A stretch of 64,000 nt of DNA from Trichosphaerium sp. ATCC 40318. Lineage: Eukaryota; Protista; Tubulinea. The notes under the pieces were generated by a model that saw nothing but the letters and a program-made list of their open reading frames with translations, made no database searches and was not told where the DNA came from. The stretch's first letter is position 1. Each line of letters opens with the position of its first letter. The stretch covers positions 1-64,000 of the forward strand of contig JALMLS010000507.1 of assembly GCA_038496445.1 (NCBI GenBank). The letters run 5' to 3'. Position numbers and translations under genes: made by a program. Below, one piece after another: positions 46,802 through 61,016 of the stretch.

Positions 46802-48026
46802 ATGTACACGCTACTAGCTGTGCTTTCTGTAATAGTTGTTGCGGCTCTAGCAGCTCAACCAGAGCATGTTATGCTCACCCCAGAGCAATTTGTAAAGTTT
46901 AGATGCAATGAAAACCTCGATACTTCACAAGCGTTTTTCTATGGTAATGGTACCATTCTTGCGTTCGTTGGCGATGAAAAGCCTATGGAAATTCTCAAAT
47001 GGACTTTTATGAACGTTGGACGCTGTGTCAAGTACAATGGTGCATGGTGGCTTGCTTCTCGCGAAGTTCTAGTGTACCTTGATCCAAAAACTGGTGAGCT
47101 AATAGACAGGTGGGAAAACCCGCTAACTAAGGAGGTACGTCCGTTTTTAAAGCGAATTCGGCCCTTTTTCACAACTAGCGTTTGTTAATACGCTATTACT
47201 CCGCAAAATGGCTTGATAGCCACTATTTCTGCGATTACTGTTAACCGTCTTGTTTTGTAGACTGTACCAGTTGTTCACGTCGCAAACGATCCTGTCCAGC
47301 AACCTTTGGGTCCTGTTCCAGCAGTCAAGTTGGGTGAACTCTTCAATGTAGACGCTTCATACCCACTTTACCGCCCAAACATTATGGCCAACGACCCAAA
47401 ATATGCACCATACAGCCCACAACCTTATTATTCCGTATGTATTTTAGACTGAATACACGTGACATCTACAGAAATGTGGCAACAAAGAATGTCAAAAACA
47501 AAAAAAAATTCCCTACCTTTTTGCTTATAATCTGTCTTTTAGGCTGGAGAATTCTATCATTTCTGGGGTACCACCACGAACAACTTTAAGAATATGACAG
47601 ATATTCATCTTTCATGGTTCAGAGAGTCTCAGTACCTTCCTTGTACGTCAAACACATAAAACTTGAACAAAAAAGTTTCGATCAAGAATTCGAAAAAAAA
47701 AACGTGGTTCACTACCTTCTTTGCTTGGACTCTCTTCTTCTCTTAACTAATATATTCTATTTTAAGGGATGAAAATGGGAGATTTTGAGGGCGTATTGCA
47801 GTACTCTGGAGTTATATTTAAAGGATTTGATTTTGGAGATATCCCACAAGTTCTTCAAAGAGTTATCAAAGAGCGTTGTCCTTTGTACCAGAATGCACCA
47901 AAATGTGTTTTGGATAAACCAAACGTAACATCTTGGAGCTATTTTAAAGATAACTTTGATAAATACCTAGCTGGAGACAAATTCCCTGTCTATGAAGACT
48001 CTGAAAAAGCTCCTTGCAAAAAATAA
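46802..48026 (+). CDS. Secreted DUF1838-family protein
   Basis: Signal peptide; FVKFRC..FMNVGRC..SREVLVYLDPKTGELIDRWENPLTKE|TVPVVHVANDPVQQ, SWFRESQYLPWMKMG, NVTSWSYFKDNFDKYL. Confidence 0.8.
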
Positions 48027-48234
48027 ATAATACCATAATATAATGGATATTTTTTGAAACTCATTGCATGTGTTTAGTATTCCAAATTACAACTCACAAT
48101 GGAGCTTTAAACAATTCCAAACACAATTACTATTGACTAAAGACCACGTGATTTTGTTAGACATGTACTAAAAGATGTTTTATTGATTGTATCCTAGTCG
48201 ATTTCTTTTGTCTTATCGTTTTGTATTGAGCACT

Positions 48235-49173
48235 TTATTTAAACTGCTTTAATTCAATGTGATAAACATTCGCAAGTGGACCAAGCCAATCATCTGTTAC
48301 AGCTGTATATGACAGGTTTATACTATGTGCTTTACTTAGATATTTCATATTAGCTCCAATAATACCTTTACAGCCTGCTAAACTAACTGTATGAACTCCT
48401 GAAAGATATTTCATGCATTCTCCTGTGATTTTCTGGCACCATGATAGATTGATTGTATGCACTCCACATAAAGCCGAAATGCTCTCATCTGTAATACTAT
48501 CACACCCTCTAAGATTTATAGAATGTACACCAGCCAAAGCCTTTACACCATCATCTGTAATACGTTCACAACTGGTAAGGTTTATTGTATGTACTCCAGA
48601 AAGAACATACAATACATCATCTGTTACAGATTTGGAGAACGGTAAATGGATTTCTGGTATACCAGTGAGTGCTTTCAAGCCTTTCTCAGTAGCTTTGCTG
48701 CAATACAAATGAATGTACTTCAAGTTCTTCACAAGCAATGGTGCTATAGCCAAGTCTGTTATACGTGGACAAAGCACTATAGTCAAGTGACAGACTCCAG
48801 TAACACACTCTATTCCCGAGTCTGTAATGGACTCATTCTGGTACAATTCTAGCGTATGAACACCAGCAAGAAGAGCCAAGTCTGCATCTGTGGCTTCTTT
48901 GAACTTCTGGAATGATATTTTTGTGTTTTTAAGAAGTGGACTTCCTGACAAGCGAGAACAACTTTCACTTGACCGAACGCAGATAATACCATAGCCAATG
49001 TGACAGTGGATGATTTCCAACAACCGTTTACAACATTGAGCAACACCGAACCTATCAACAACATCCACAAACGTTAGTATATAAGCTATTATCTCTGTTG
49101 GGTTGTCTAGCAAGTTTATATCACTCGAATAATCGTCGGCATCGTTTACGTCTATATGGGACTGTTCGGACAT
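48235..49173 (-). CDS. Intronless F-box plus leucine-rich repeat protein (FBXL-like)
   Basis: LLDNPTEIIAYILTFVDVVDRFGVAQCCKRL F-box, followed by about 9 22-aa repeats of the form GVHTINLxxCxxITDxxxxxL. Confidence 0.85.
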   Translation of the reverse strand: MSEQSHIDVNDADDYSSDINLLDNPTEIIAYILTFVDVVDRFGVAQCCKRLLEIIHCHIGYGIICVRSSESCSRLSGSPLLKNTKISFQKFKEATDADLALLAGVHTLELYQNESITDSGIECVTGVCHLTIVLCPRITDLAIAPLLVKNLKYIHLYCSKATEKGLKALTGIPEIHLPFSKSVTDDVLYVLSGVHTINLTSCERITDDGVKALAGVHSINLRGCDSITDESISALCGVHTINLSWCQKITGECMKYLSGVHTVSLAGCKGIIGANMKYLSKAHSINLSYTAVTDDWLGPLANVYHIELKQFK

Positions 49174-50462
49174 GTAATATAAACCGAAGTATAGATACAG
49201 CCTTGTTTGTGCCTAATCTAAACTAAATGAGATGCTTTTTCCTTCGTTAGCCAGGAGCTAGATAGGCGTATAATTAAAACAAATAGACAGCAGCCCACTT
49301 GCTAACCAAGCAACTTATTGTTATAGAGTTAAATAAGGTAACAGGCGCTACACAGGTAACTACCTCCTAAACTTTCTTTGATAACTTTAACACGCGCTAT
49401 ACGACTCAGATTGACTTTGAGTATCGCGAATAGCGGAACAACCCATATTCAAAAAAACTAGCTAAATAGATTTGTTCTAGGATTTTGGTACTCGAATAAT
49501 TGCAAAGACTGAGAGGAAAAAACATTTCATTGTTTTCAAGATTGCCGACACAGTAGAAAAGAATTAAATGACAAAGCGATGATACGCTGCGATTGTTGTG
49601 ATATATGATACGACTCTGAATGCCTTGATGGGACAATAAGACATGGAATATAAAAAGTAAGCCAAAGAATGGTTCAGTGATTTGTGTTGCTAACTTTATG
49701 CAAAAGTTCTATAAGGACGTGCTCACCTGTACCGGGAATGGTGGAAAACTAGAAAAAATCACTCTCATAAATACATTGTACATTGAACCTTAACAAGCAA
49801 GGAAACAGGTGTTGCTTGACAGACTCACAAATGCAACAATCAAAGTGGTAAAAAAATGTTGACACAATTGCAACATTTTTTGGGTGCTCCACATCGTGAT
49901 AAACCTATTCTTCATGACTTCTATCACCATAAATTTTCAGGGTTTCCTAAGGCTAATCATTTAGATTGGTCAAACACCACAGGCGTTTACAGGTCAACTT
50001 GTGTAAGTCATTTGAAGATAATGTAAGTTAAAGATCAGTGAAATAAAATTTTGCTATCCATAATTTCTTGGGTTACTATCCATAAAGAGATCGCCTCTCC
50101 CGTAATAGTGTCCACTTGCATGGAACTTGGCAACCCCACCAATAGAATTAAGGCTTGTAACATTCTTACAACGAAACATGCAAGAATGACAATCCTTTTA
50201 GTGCTTCAAGGCCTTTATCAATAATTCTGCGATACTTAAGGTATGAAGCCCACTTAGCGTTGATAAACCTTCATGAGTCAAACCGCTTACTGCTCTTATC
50301 TTGAGAAGTCGATTTCGTAACACCACATTGAGCTCATGTCACGTGACTCGTGTTGACTGTTGTTGGTATTGATAGGTAAAATTTACCAGTGTTAAACGTA
50401 AGTAACTGCAATTTAGTTGCGATCGTTCAAAGTAATCTGGAAAAAGCTGTGCCTTGGCTCAA

Positions 50463-51251
50463 ATGGAAACAACACAAAAGGTAGTACAGAGGATTGCTAG
50501 CGCAATTATATGTCTAACACGTGTTATATAGAGAAATATTGAATATAGCGCTATTCTTCATCTATTGTACCTTCCTATGGAGCTACAGCTAGATATTATA
50601 GATATGGATAGCGAAGTGTATGTAAAATGGCCATTACTATCAGTACAAACAGCAACAAGTTCCAGGTTTGATGGCGAAATGAAAAAACATGGCAAATGGA
50701 AGAGGCATAAGAAAGTAGTTAATTTCTTTACCAACAAAAAGGCTGCTATAACCTCAAAATCTATTGTGTATGAACTATTTACTTGGAGCCATGGTTGTCT
50801 TCATGGCGACTCCAAAACATGGCACGATAATGGTCAGTTATCTAAGCATGCTGTATATGTTAAGTATAACCTTCATGGAGAATACAAAACTTGGCATGAA
50901 AATGGCCAATTGTGGATACATTGTTTTTATGATAAGTATAGACTCCATGGACTTTACAGATGTTGGACAAAGAAAGGAAAACTAATGAAGAGTATTAATT
51001 ATACTAAGGATAAATTACATGGAGAATATAAGACATGGCATCAAAATGGACAACTTAATTTGGAGTGTTGTTGTTCTAAAGGAAAAAAACAAGGCGAGTT
51101 TAAGCAGTGGTATAAGAATGGCCAGTTAAGTGTTCGTTGTTTTTATGTAGGTGGTAAGCTAACAGGAGCTTATACAAGTTGGTTTTGTGATGGCCAACCA
51201 AACAAACAGTGCAATTATTACAAAGGTAATGTTGTTCCTTTGCACAAATGA
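50463..51251 (+). CDS. MORN-variant (MORN_2/YwqK-like) repeat protein with a degenerate F-box-like N-terminus
   Basis: METTQK, then intron 50481-50531, then ..YLPMELQLDIIDMDSEVYVKWPLLS.., then repeats LHGEYKTWHENGQL. Confidence 0.8.
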
Positions 51252-51758
51252 AGATACGAGTTGTAAAAAAATGATTATTATCAATTTTTTGAAGATTGTT
51301 TGGACAATATCTATGTTGCAAAATAAAGTTTCTCTGGCATTTTTACAAGTTTAAGAAGCTGAATAGTCAAGGTTTTGACATGAATTGCATTGTATGGTCA
51401 AATCCTCAGTGGTGTTTTTCAACGTGAATGTTTGACTGTTTCCTATTGGAGCTAGCCAAACTGACTTTCGGCTTTGCAAAATGCATGCTTGTGTGATCAC
51501 ATTTCAAACGACTTAGCTTAATGTTAACATGTTTTATTTCTTTTTTATCAATTACATCTACACGAAGTGGTATATTGTAGCTTAATAGGGATGAGAAGAA
51601 TCCTATGATCTTAAGGCATATTGTCTTTGGCAGAGTTTAAAACTATGGCGTTGTGGTATCACTAGATGTTCTACTTACTCCCAAAAGTACTGTTATCAAA
51701 AAAGAGCTCGTGACGTGTTTATTAATTGTACAGTGTTTTTATTACATGTGACTTTAGA

Positions 51759-52470
51759 TTAAACTGACATTACTCTATTATGTCTTGTGTTTATATCTTC
51801 TCCTTCACTTTCAGAGGAACTAGTACTGGTACCATTACCTTCCTCATATTTATTACCTTTTATTACTACTGTTGATTGACTAAAAGGTGATTCTCCTGTT
51901 CTTACATAGTCTTCATTATCGAAAGCAAATGTTCTTATAGTTTCTTCAACATTATTGTTGTTATCACCACATATATTATTATTATTATCCGGTCTGAAAG
52001 GACCTCTTAAAGTAAGTTCTGGAACAGAAACTTGTGGTGGTGTTACTTTTTTTCGATGTGGTGAGAAAAAAATACAATTTTCGCTTAGTATAGCGTTTCG
52101 TTTTTCAAGTAAACACTTGAAAGCTGTAGCCTATATAAATAACTTAGAAGTGAAGTTACACAAATTGAATCTGTTAAATTCTCACTAGTTGTTACGCCAT
52201 TTTTAAGAATTTTCTCACAAAAAACCAAGAAATACAAAAAAATGACAATTTGAGATTGAGGTGTGGTTCTAACTACAAAGAGATAGTTGACTCCCAAAAA
52301 GACGTACAGCTGGGTTGGAATAAAACGAGAATTTGAACACTTTCGGCTTTTTAACAAACTTGTTTGCTATCCATAAATTAGTCCTTTTTTTTGGATTTTT
52401 TTTAATACTCTTCAAGAGTTGGTCACTTACGCATTGTACCGACAGTGTACCTACGTCTAATTTTACCACT
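51759..52470 (-). CDS. Hypothetical low-complexity protein; last exon clear, 5' exons uncertain
   Basis: Open frame ..HRKKVTPPQVSVPELTLRGPFRPDNNNN..SSSESEGEDINTRHNRVMSV* lies downstream of an acceptor-like site. Confidence 0.35.
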
Positions 52471-53241
52471 CGTACTTTCTCTTATCTTTCTTGTCTCTAA
52501 CAATTGCCCTTGTAAGGCTATCTTAAAGGAGCAACAAGGATGTTTGTAGCCAAGTTTTTCAAACTTTAGATGCGAAATACTCTGAAATAAGAAAAAAGGC
52601 TCATCCTATCTCTTGTGTTTATCAGGTTTAGCGAAAGGCGCTTTGAGTTTTGCAAATTTGAAGCCCAGGTCGTTTACCATAAGAATATCGATTGATAATC
52701 GTGGTCTTGATTGCTATTGAGTAGATTTTAGGAGTTGTTTGACTTTTGTACAGTTTTTCGCATTGGATTACCTTTACTACAAAATATACGCTGTCAGGAT
52801 CATTGGTATTCAGTACTTCTGCGTCGTAGTTAGAAAATAAGACATTTTGACGTTGTACCAATTAATTTTGGGTTAAATGTGCGTTTACAGCCAGTTGTAA
52901 TTGGGTTCTAGGCCTTTAAGCACAAAATCCGACTTCGGGACTAAAATACCGTTGTGATCGTACCTTTTTATATCTGAAGCCTTTATACAGTTCACTAACA
53001 TTTAATTCATCCCTCAGGTTGTTTTTGTAGAGCGGAATTGTTGCTAGCATTGTGGTATTCAGACAATTTGTTGTGTTCGTTCAGATAATGATGCCTTTGT
53101 TAGCTCGTGATATAAAGCCACAATGAGGAATATCAACCGGGTAATTCAAAAAGGAAAGCCTATAGCTCTATCATTGCCACTTAATCATGTTTGGTTAAGT
53201 AATCGCTTGATGCAGAAAAGTTGTCAGACGAACGGTTAACA

Positions 53242-56200
53242 ATGTACGCGGGCGCTGAGCTCGGATTTACGTCCTACTTAGGCTCTGGCAGCGAATCCGA
53301 CGAAGTTATGTACTCGTAAGGAATATTATTGCGTAAAACAACCTCTAATTATGTAGGGAGGCGTATATTGGTTCAGAGGACCCGTATGCAGATCCAAACG
53401 TGACGAAGTAAGTTTCGTTTATAGATAGCGCGTTAATATACTTGTAGCAATACTTACACGCTTGATGGGTCAAAGACTATCAGTAGTTCCGAAGAAAACG
53501 GTCAGTGAATGTTAAAGTATCCTTTCAGCTGAAAACCCGACATGACAATATCGTTTTGTTTATAGTCAACAGCCTTTTTTTTAATGTAAACAACCAAACC
53601 GTTTCACTAGAGTCATTGTCACTTTTTTGTGAATATTTTTTGACCCACGTGTTTTAGTGAAATACGAGCGTCTCATTGAATCATCTTCAAGCGATGCCTC
53701 AGACCAAGAAGAAGATAATGAGCAATATCACAGAAATTGGAATGAAGGTGTTGAAAAGACTTTTCAACAAATACCCAACTAATTTGTTCAAAAGAATTCC
53801 AGACGTTGCTTGCTATGGAAGATGACTCTCCTCAAAAGTTTGCGAGCATTAAAGATTTGGCAAGCGATTTCGAGAATACTGCCGGCTTGTATGGTAAAAT
53901 AATCATTAGAGGTAACGTTATTATCACGATGCTACAAACACTATCTTATTTTTTTTTGTTTTTAGAGAAGTTCATGCCAATTGAGCACAAGACAATAAAG
54001 CCAGTTGATATTGGAGGTATCGCAGGAGGAGACAAGTGAGTACATATTTTAATCAATTGACCTTATTAACCATGGGCGTACACTAACCAAATAACGAGGT
54101 ACATCGTGAAAGGCATTTTATTTAAGGTACATCAAAAGATAGTTCTTGACACAAGACTGCTGTTGTAACACGTGTAGTTTGTACATGATACGTATGTAAA
54201 ACCTCTTTCCGCTTGGATGTATGGAAGAGATGAACCTTCAGAAGAAAAAGCAATGAAAGCAGGTGGACATGAATTGAAAGGGTTGATAGCCATTTATCAG
54301 TTTATCGAAAAGACAAAAGTACCTATTCATGTGCCTCTCATGCAACTCATTGATTATCGTGGATTCAGACTTATTGCTGGTATGGATATTTGGTTTAACT
54401 CAATACCTTTCTTAATAAATACCGTAGTTGCTCTTTTACCCATAGGCAAAGATACGCTTATTTACGGTACCTGTAAATTTGGATCAAGTCGTTTTGCTGA
54501 TGTATCATTTAGGATCTTCTGATGGTGGTAAAACTGTTTATAATTCCGACCCAGTTTTCTCTGGGTATGTACTAATACGAGATTTAAGTTGCTTATAATC
54601 GGGTTTTTATAGGTACTGGGAAAAGGTGTGTAGGATGATGAATATTAAAGATCATATCGTTGGCAACAAACGTGTTTTTGGACCTGGTAAGTACAAGAAT
54701 CAAGGCTTTCTCCATTGTTTTTGTTAGCTAAACCCGCACAATAGGTGACATTGAAGGTCATAGAGGTAAAGACAATAGATACTATGTATTAGATTTCGCT
54801 CGTATACTACCTTGTGAAGCACCTGTTGGGTACGCATGGAGTATCTAATTATGGATGGATCTAACTTTGTACTGTTAGAGTACCACGACAAATATATTTC
54901 AGGTTGATGCGCATGGAAGCACTACTTCTTAATCCGACTCCACTAAATTCTGATACATTTTCTCTGTGGAACAGATGTGATCCACATAGACGCTTACATG
55001 CTCAGGACGTAAGAGGTAAGTGACATAAAAACTACAGAATTAACGTAACAAAAACTATTAGATGCTTGTAGAATGACTCTTGCAAGAATCCCAGATATCT
55101 TGAAGCGTTACAGCGATGAACACCCTTCTGTTTTGAAAAAACAAAATATAAGTATTCCCTACCCATATGATTATGAACAATGGCCACCAAATGATGCTGA
55201 GGTGTTGAATGTCGATTACGCTGAGCATTTAATTAAAATAATGCATGAGAATGGTAAGTTATTTCGTGGACATTTTCGTCATCACGTCAATCCTTTCCTT
55301 GTTTTTTATTATTGTAGGTGTGAATGTACGTCATTTGGGAATTCTTTACTTTCAAGAAACTGAAGTGTCTCATAAACGTATGATTCTTACTGAAATGGCA
55401 GCAAGGTAATGTTTGTAAATAGTAGTGTTTCAGCTGAGCTTATTGTTTTTTTTTAAAGAGTCATAAAAGATCAAATAAGATTGATTCTTCGAACTCAACT
55501 GAGTTCAAAACAAGATAGATCTGAAGAATACGATAATACTCTTATTGCAGAATACTTGAATAACACAGTATTCAGTGCTAATAATTTGCTTGTATCGAAG
55601 TTTTGGTAAGAAAAAAAAAAAAAACTCAACTTGCATGTTCTGTTTCATTGCTGATGCGTCACCTAGGAACGTTGACATAAAAAATATGATAGTTGTGAAA
55701 TTTGATAGTAGACCAATAATACACTTAGGTACACAGTTATTACACGACAGTTAGACCGGAATTTGCTAACGCTTTTATTTAAACAGGTGCTTTCCTAACT
55801 GAAGAACAACAAGACTCGAATCACAGTCTTCTTGGTGATATTATAATTCGCCTGTTGTTCATTCGATTGGAACATATCCTTGGTAATCAAAGAATCACTT
55901 AACTTACTCCTTAGCGTTCGAAGCATCTCATTTGTCTTTTAAGGGATGAAGTTTAGTAGGCGCATTCATGCTCTTCTTCCAACCAACACTGTACAAGTAC
56001 AGAGAAACCGCCATGAAGCATCTCAAATGCAGTCAAGTACTATCTATTTGATTTAGAGTCCGGTTACTAATGAATTTGTTTTCTTTTAGTACCTATATTT
56101 CACAGCTTTGATATTACTTCGCTACCGTACAAGATCAAAGGAATACCTCATCTTGCAGTATCTCAAGCATTTGTTCTAACAGCTCAAGCTAAATCGCTTG

Positions 56201-59200
56201 TATTTTCGGATCATTTTACATCCAGCATGTACATACAACCTCTCATGCATGCTGTGTATGTTATACTACTTTTCTATCTGTGCTGAGCTAATGGAATTAA
56301 AGAAACAAACTCGAACAAGCTGTTACTCTGCTATCCAGTAACGAACATCTCCATGCTAAGTTAGGTATGGTACTGTAACCCAAGCATCAGCTTATAAAAC
56401 TACTTAGCGGAATGTTGTCTTCTTTTAGCATCAGGAACAGAAAGAAAACATTATATTGAATAGTACTTAAAAGCTTTTACTAGAAAAGAAAGAGGACTAA
56501 GAAAAACTGTAGCAGAGATAAAGCTGGAAAGTATATCAAAAAAGGACTCAATTGCTCTCACAACGATCCTTTCCTTACGTACATAAACGCTTTTTACCTA
56601 AGCAGGCTGCTTAAAACTGAGGTACATCACATGGTTACGGCCTCATCTGGAATTTAATCATTGACATAGGAAGCTAGACAAGAGTTTGAAAAAGCTTTCA
56701 GACTTGACCCAAGCCTTATTAACCAAGCTTATACCCAGTTAGAGTACATGAATGTCGGCCCTATTATTCATCTTATTGTTTGTGATTTAGGTACCAGCAG
56801 AGGTTGTATTATAATATGTATAAACTACTATCACAAACAGATTCACTTGTTTGCGAAAGTCCTGTGACTCTAGGCACGTGCTATCATTTTTGTTTCTTAG
56901 TTTTTTCGTATCAATTCAAAACTATTCATGTTCTAATTTATTTTAGTTACAATACCACGTGCTATCAAAAAAGTGCAAAAAAATAACGTTAAAGCATTGC
57001 TTCTATTGATAAAGCAGATATATCGTCATCTTTCAAGGGTTGACTACCAACAAATAAATTTGTGCTTTCCAAATCTTGATCGCAAGGATTGCCTTAACGA
57101 GCTTGTTGAGAAATGTGCATGGTACACTGAAAAGGTAACAGAAAACAATATGCACTTGGTATTGTTACGCTTCTAAATCATCTAAATAACAGGTTTTACA
57201 AATCGACGATACAGCAATGGACGATGAGTTACGGACATTGTTTTGTGTTTATCCAAAAAGAAAGTAAGCTATCTTTAAAGAATTTATGTTAGTCCGTTAA
57301 CCTTTCTTTAGAGATGAGCATAATTTTGACTACTTGCTTACTACCATATTGGCACAACACCACACTCCTTTACTACGGAAAAAACTTGCGCCTTAGTACA
57401 CCTAATAGTTCTTATTTATTTCTTATTTTTTTCCTTACTTTCATTTAGTCTCGCAAAAATTACTAGCTTCGATAAACAGCCTTATTCTATTTTCCGAAAT
57501 GAAACGTTTATAAAAAAAAAATTCATAACATTATTGCCTAACCTGCAGGCATTATTTTTTTCTCAAAAGCCTTGTACGGCATTTCAAAGTTACTTCACTT
57601 TTGTTTCTTAGTTTTTTTTTCTTAATGTAGGGATACCTTGTGACGTCGTTGTTGGATTTACAAATCTGAAGAAACTGATTATGCACCCACCATCTGCGTC
57701 TCAAGTCATAGATATTGTAAGGGCTATTTCAGATGGTAAATTACCACACTTAGAAGAGTTGGGTGTTAGCGTAATGTACTCATCACATACATATGCACAT
57801 TGAATTATCTTACACTGTATTCTATAGAAAAGTTACTGAGCCTTCACTGTACAAGTTTGGTTCCCTGAAACTCACAGCACTTAGTACGCGAGCTATTGGA
57901 GTTAAATTTCTAACGTTTGTAAGCCATCAAGTATCAAACGAACTCAGATTTGGAAAATGATTATTCAGCTGTTTACCCAGTACACTTTTTTAACTCTTGT
58001 GTTTGACTAATGCATTAATGTAGAAAACCCTGACTCGTCTGTCTTTAATTTCGCTACATAAAACTGAGATTTTTCCATCTATTTTAAAACCTATACCGCT
58101 ATCGGTTGTATCGTTGGACATCGGCAAAGCAACTCTTGGAATAGTAAGTTTAAATCTTGTTTTTTTCCATGTGGTTTTTTGACAACACTTTAAAGGCTTT
58201 ACCATGCGTCACTCACCTAGAAAACTTGACACATTTATCGTCTACATCACATAAACAAACAAAGACAGAGCATGATATGTTATGTTCTTCTTTCCCAAAG
58301 CTAGAATCGCTGTGTATTTCTTTCTCAACAACTAACAGGTACATTGCGGCTTTAGTAGTTCCTAGAGTCTTCTCTGACAATATTTGACAAAGTAAAAGCA
58401 GGCCTTTTCAGTAATCAAGCTATGCTGATCGTTGCTTTCAGTATTGTTATTCACCGAACATCTTTAGGAATCCTGAAGATTTAACTTTGTATCAAGAGGA
58501 AACAATGAAGTCATGCCTTTGGGCCAAAAACTTGAAGAGCTTTGCCTTAGACTCTATACAAAACAAATGTATAGTAGGTAGTTTCTGGAAATACTGCAAT
58601 AACGTTACAAAACTTGTTCTAAGGAATATATACGGACGGTAAGTTTTGCTCAACTAAATTAGACATGTCTTCTTTACTAGCTACAACTTTGTTGTTTAGG
58701 ACTTTCGATATTCCTTTAGCCTCCTTCAAACGTATCAAGTACATAGAATTATATTCTCAGTATTGTACTGAGGCAGTAGAGAAGCTTTTGATAACGACAA
58801 AGACCTTGGAGCACTTCAAGCTTATAAATGTTTTCACTTTTACAACTTCAGCAATGGTGGCTCTTTTCCACTGTAAAAGTACGTTTTGTTCCTACCCGAC
58901 ATCCTCTTGATCCTCTATCAATTATAACTCAAATATTGTAGCTCTCAAGCACATTGAACTCCTAATGTCTAGCCGTCAGTGTGACAATGATATAGAGAAA
59001 GGAACTTGGTTTTCAAAGTTAAATTTTGATATGGTTGTTGAAGCAACAGAACATATTACACTCAATGGTTGTTTTATCAAAAGTGAAGTTATCAATTATA
59101 TTGCAGCTACTAGACCTAACTTAAAATACTTGGGAGACCTCAAACTTGGTAATCAAACTATCTATCTTTTCCTAACCTGACTGATATTGTTCAGGTGCAA

Positions 59201-61016
59201 GAGCATTACTTGTTCTAAAAAACCTTCAACACCTTGAAACAATTTGTCTGGATGATTTAGGAGCTCAAAAGTATTTGTATAAGTTTGGCCTCACTTTTCT
59301 CATGAAAGGTACACTAGTAACCACGTTTTGTTTGAAACCATTCTTATTTTTTTCTTAGAACTACCTGCTTTGTTACAAATTATTTCATCTCGCAATCATT
59401 TCCATGCAATGCGAATTGTTAGACAAATCTCAAATGCAAAGTATAAACATAAGCTATTCCCTGATTTATACCCTAAAGGTACTGTATCATCATTCTTGTG
59501 TAGTCTATTTTAACAACGCTAAAGTGATTAACGGTGAAATATCAACACCACCTCCAACGCCTTGGAAACCAGGCCGAAAAAAGAAGAAAGTCAAGAACAG
59601 TATTGAACAATTGACAAGCCGTAATAATCCTGTACCTTTACTGGATCAAATCGGTTTATCTGCACCCTCAACACGAAATCAAACTGTTCACACTACCGAC
59701 TGTGCGTTCAAACAAAAACAAGTGTTAACACTTACTCACCGTACTTTTTGTTCCTTTGCTAACATAAAACTATAGCTCATGGTTATATATCAAACAGTAA
59801 ATATGCTGATGCCAACGTTATCCTCAATAGCGAACTTCATGAAGATTTAAAAAATGAGCTAAATAAAGGTTACAAATAAAGCTTGTCAATTCAACTCTAA
59901 CTGTTTGTTTCAGAGAACATACCTGCCACTGGTTATAATGCGAATCCATTAAGCATGCCGTCTGAAGGTGATTCTGACGAGGTTCCTCCGGAACCAGCAC
60001 CAGCTTTCTATGCGACTGATCCACAAGTACTTGAAGAAGGTATTTTTTGTTATTTTTCTTTTCTTTACGTTCTTCTTTTACAGTTTAAATATTTATGCTA
60101 CCATAGGAGAAAAAGCTGAAGAAATGAGTGAGGACGTAAAACTAAAAAACCAAAAACGACAAAGGAGGAGAGGTAAAGACGAAAGGATACAAGTTCTTTT
60201 TGTTTTCCCATATTTTTCTGTTTTGATATTCTGTTTAAGAACGTCGTATAATGTATGCAGCCGAAAAAGCAATGCGAAACAAAAGGTCTATACCCAGAAA
60301 TAATAGACCACCAATAACAACAAAAAATCAATTATCTCAACGCAGATTCGGAGAGGTGAAAATTTCCAAGTTCACGAATCATTACTCACTTTTTTTCGCT
60401 GTAGTCTAAAAGACGTGTCATTGTACATGCTGTTGATTTTAGTCAGATGAAAATGGCTTGGAAAGAACTAGTTGATGATAAAAGCAGCATCAATGTATTT
60501 GCATTTGCATATGCTAAGGAGCAACTGCACTTCGTACGACGATATTAAACTTGTTTTGTGATGTATAGTTAACAAATTAATAATAGATTGACAAGAACAC
60601 TGCTGGGATCGATATGCTACAACAATATTGTAAAGAAGATAATATTGTTTTTGCTGCATTCAGGTATTGCTTTGTTTAAGAGTCATAATCTCACGTTCAA
60701 AGGTTTGTGATGAAGTCAAATGGCGAAAACGGAGAAAAAAGTGATGGCAGAAAAGAACGTGTTCAATTTATTTTATTACCTTGGGTTGGTAGTAAATCTC
60801 ATTCATTTGATAAAGCACGTGTTTCTGGTATGATTCCAATGTTTAGGTACATGAACCCAGAATATAGTAGCAAGAGGCCGTATTTTGGTCGTACAAAGAC
60901 AGCTTACTTATTTTTTTAGAAATGCATGCTCAGGATTTCATATTTGTTTGCATCCAGCCTCAGATATATCAGACGTATCACAAAAAGAAATATTACTGCG
61001 CTTAAACAAGGCTTAA
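53242..61016 (+). CDS. Large multi-exon protein: Clu domain, LRR region and C-terminal coactosin-type ADF-H domain (could be two genes)
   Basis: Clu: RNWNEEFQ, GGIAGGDKYIVKGILFKF, AMKAGGHELKG, IDYRGFRLIA, GSSDGGKTV, GPGDIEGHRGKDNRYYVLDFAR. LRR-like: FPKLESLCIS, NLKSFALD. ADF-H: AWKELVDDKSSINVFAFAY..CKEDNIVFAAFR..QFILLPWVGSKSHSFDKARVS. Confidence 0.7.

Noticed and set aside
49400-50300. Degenerate gene or mobile-element remnant between the F-box/LRR and MORN genes
   Set aside because: Only short interrupted frames with no recognisable motif or terminal repeats; cannot be supported without a search.
53517-53525. GTATCCTTT as a U12-type 5' splice site
   Set aside because: It lies inside an ordinary intron (about 53502-53657) whose GT-AG ends already keep the frame.
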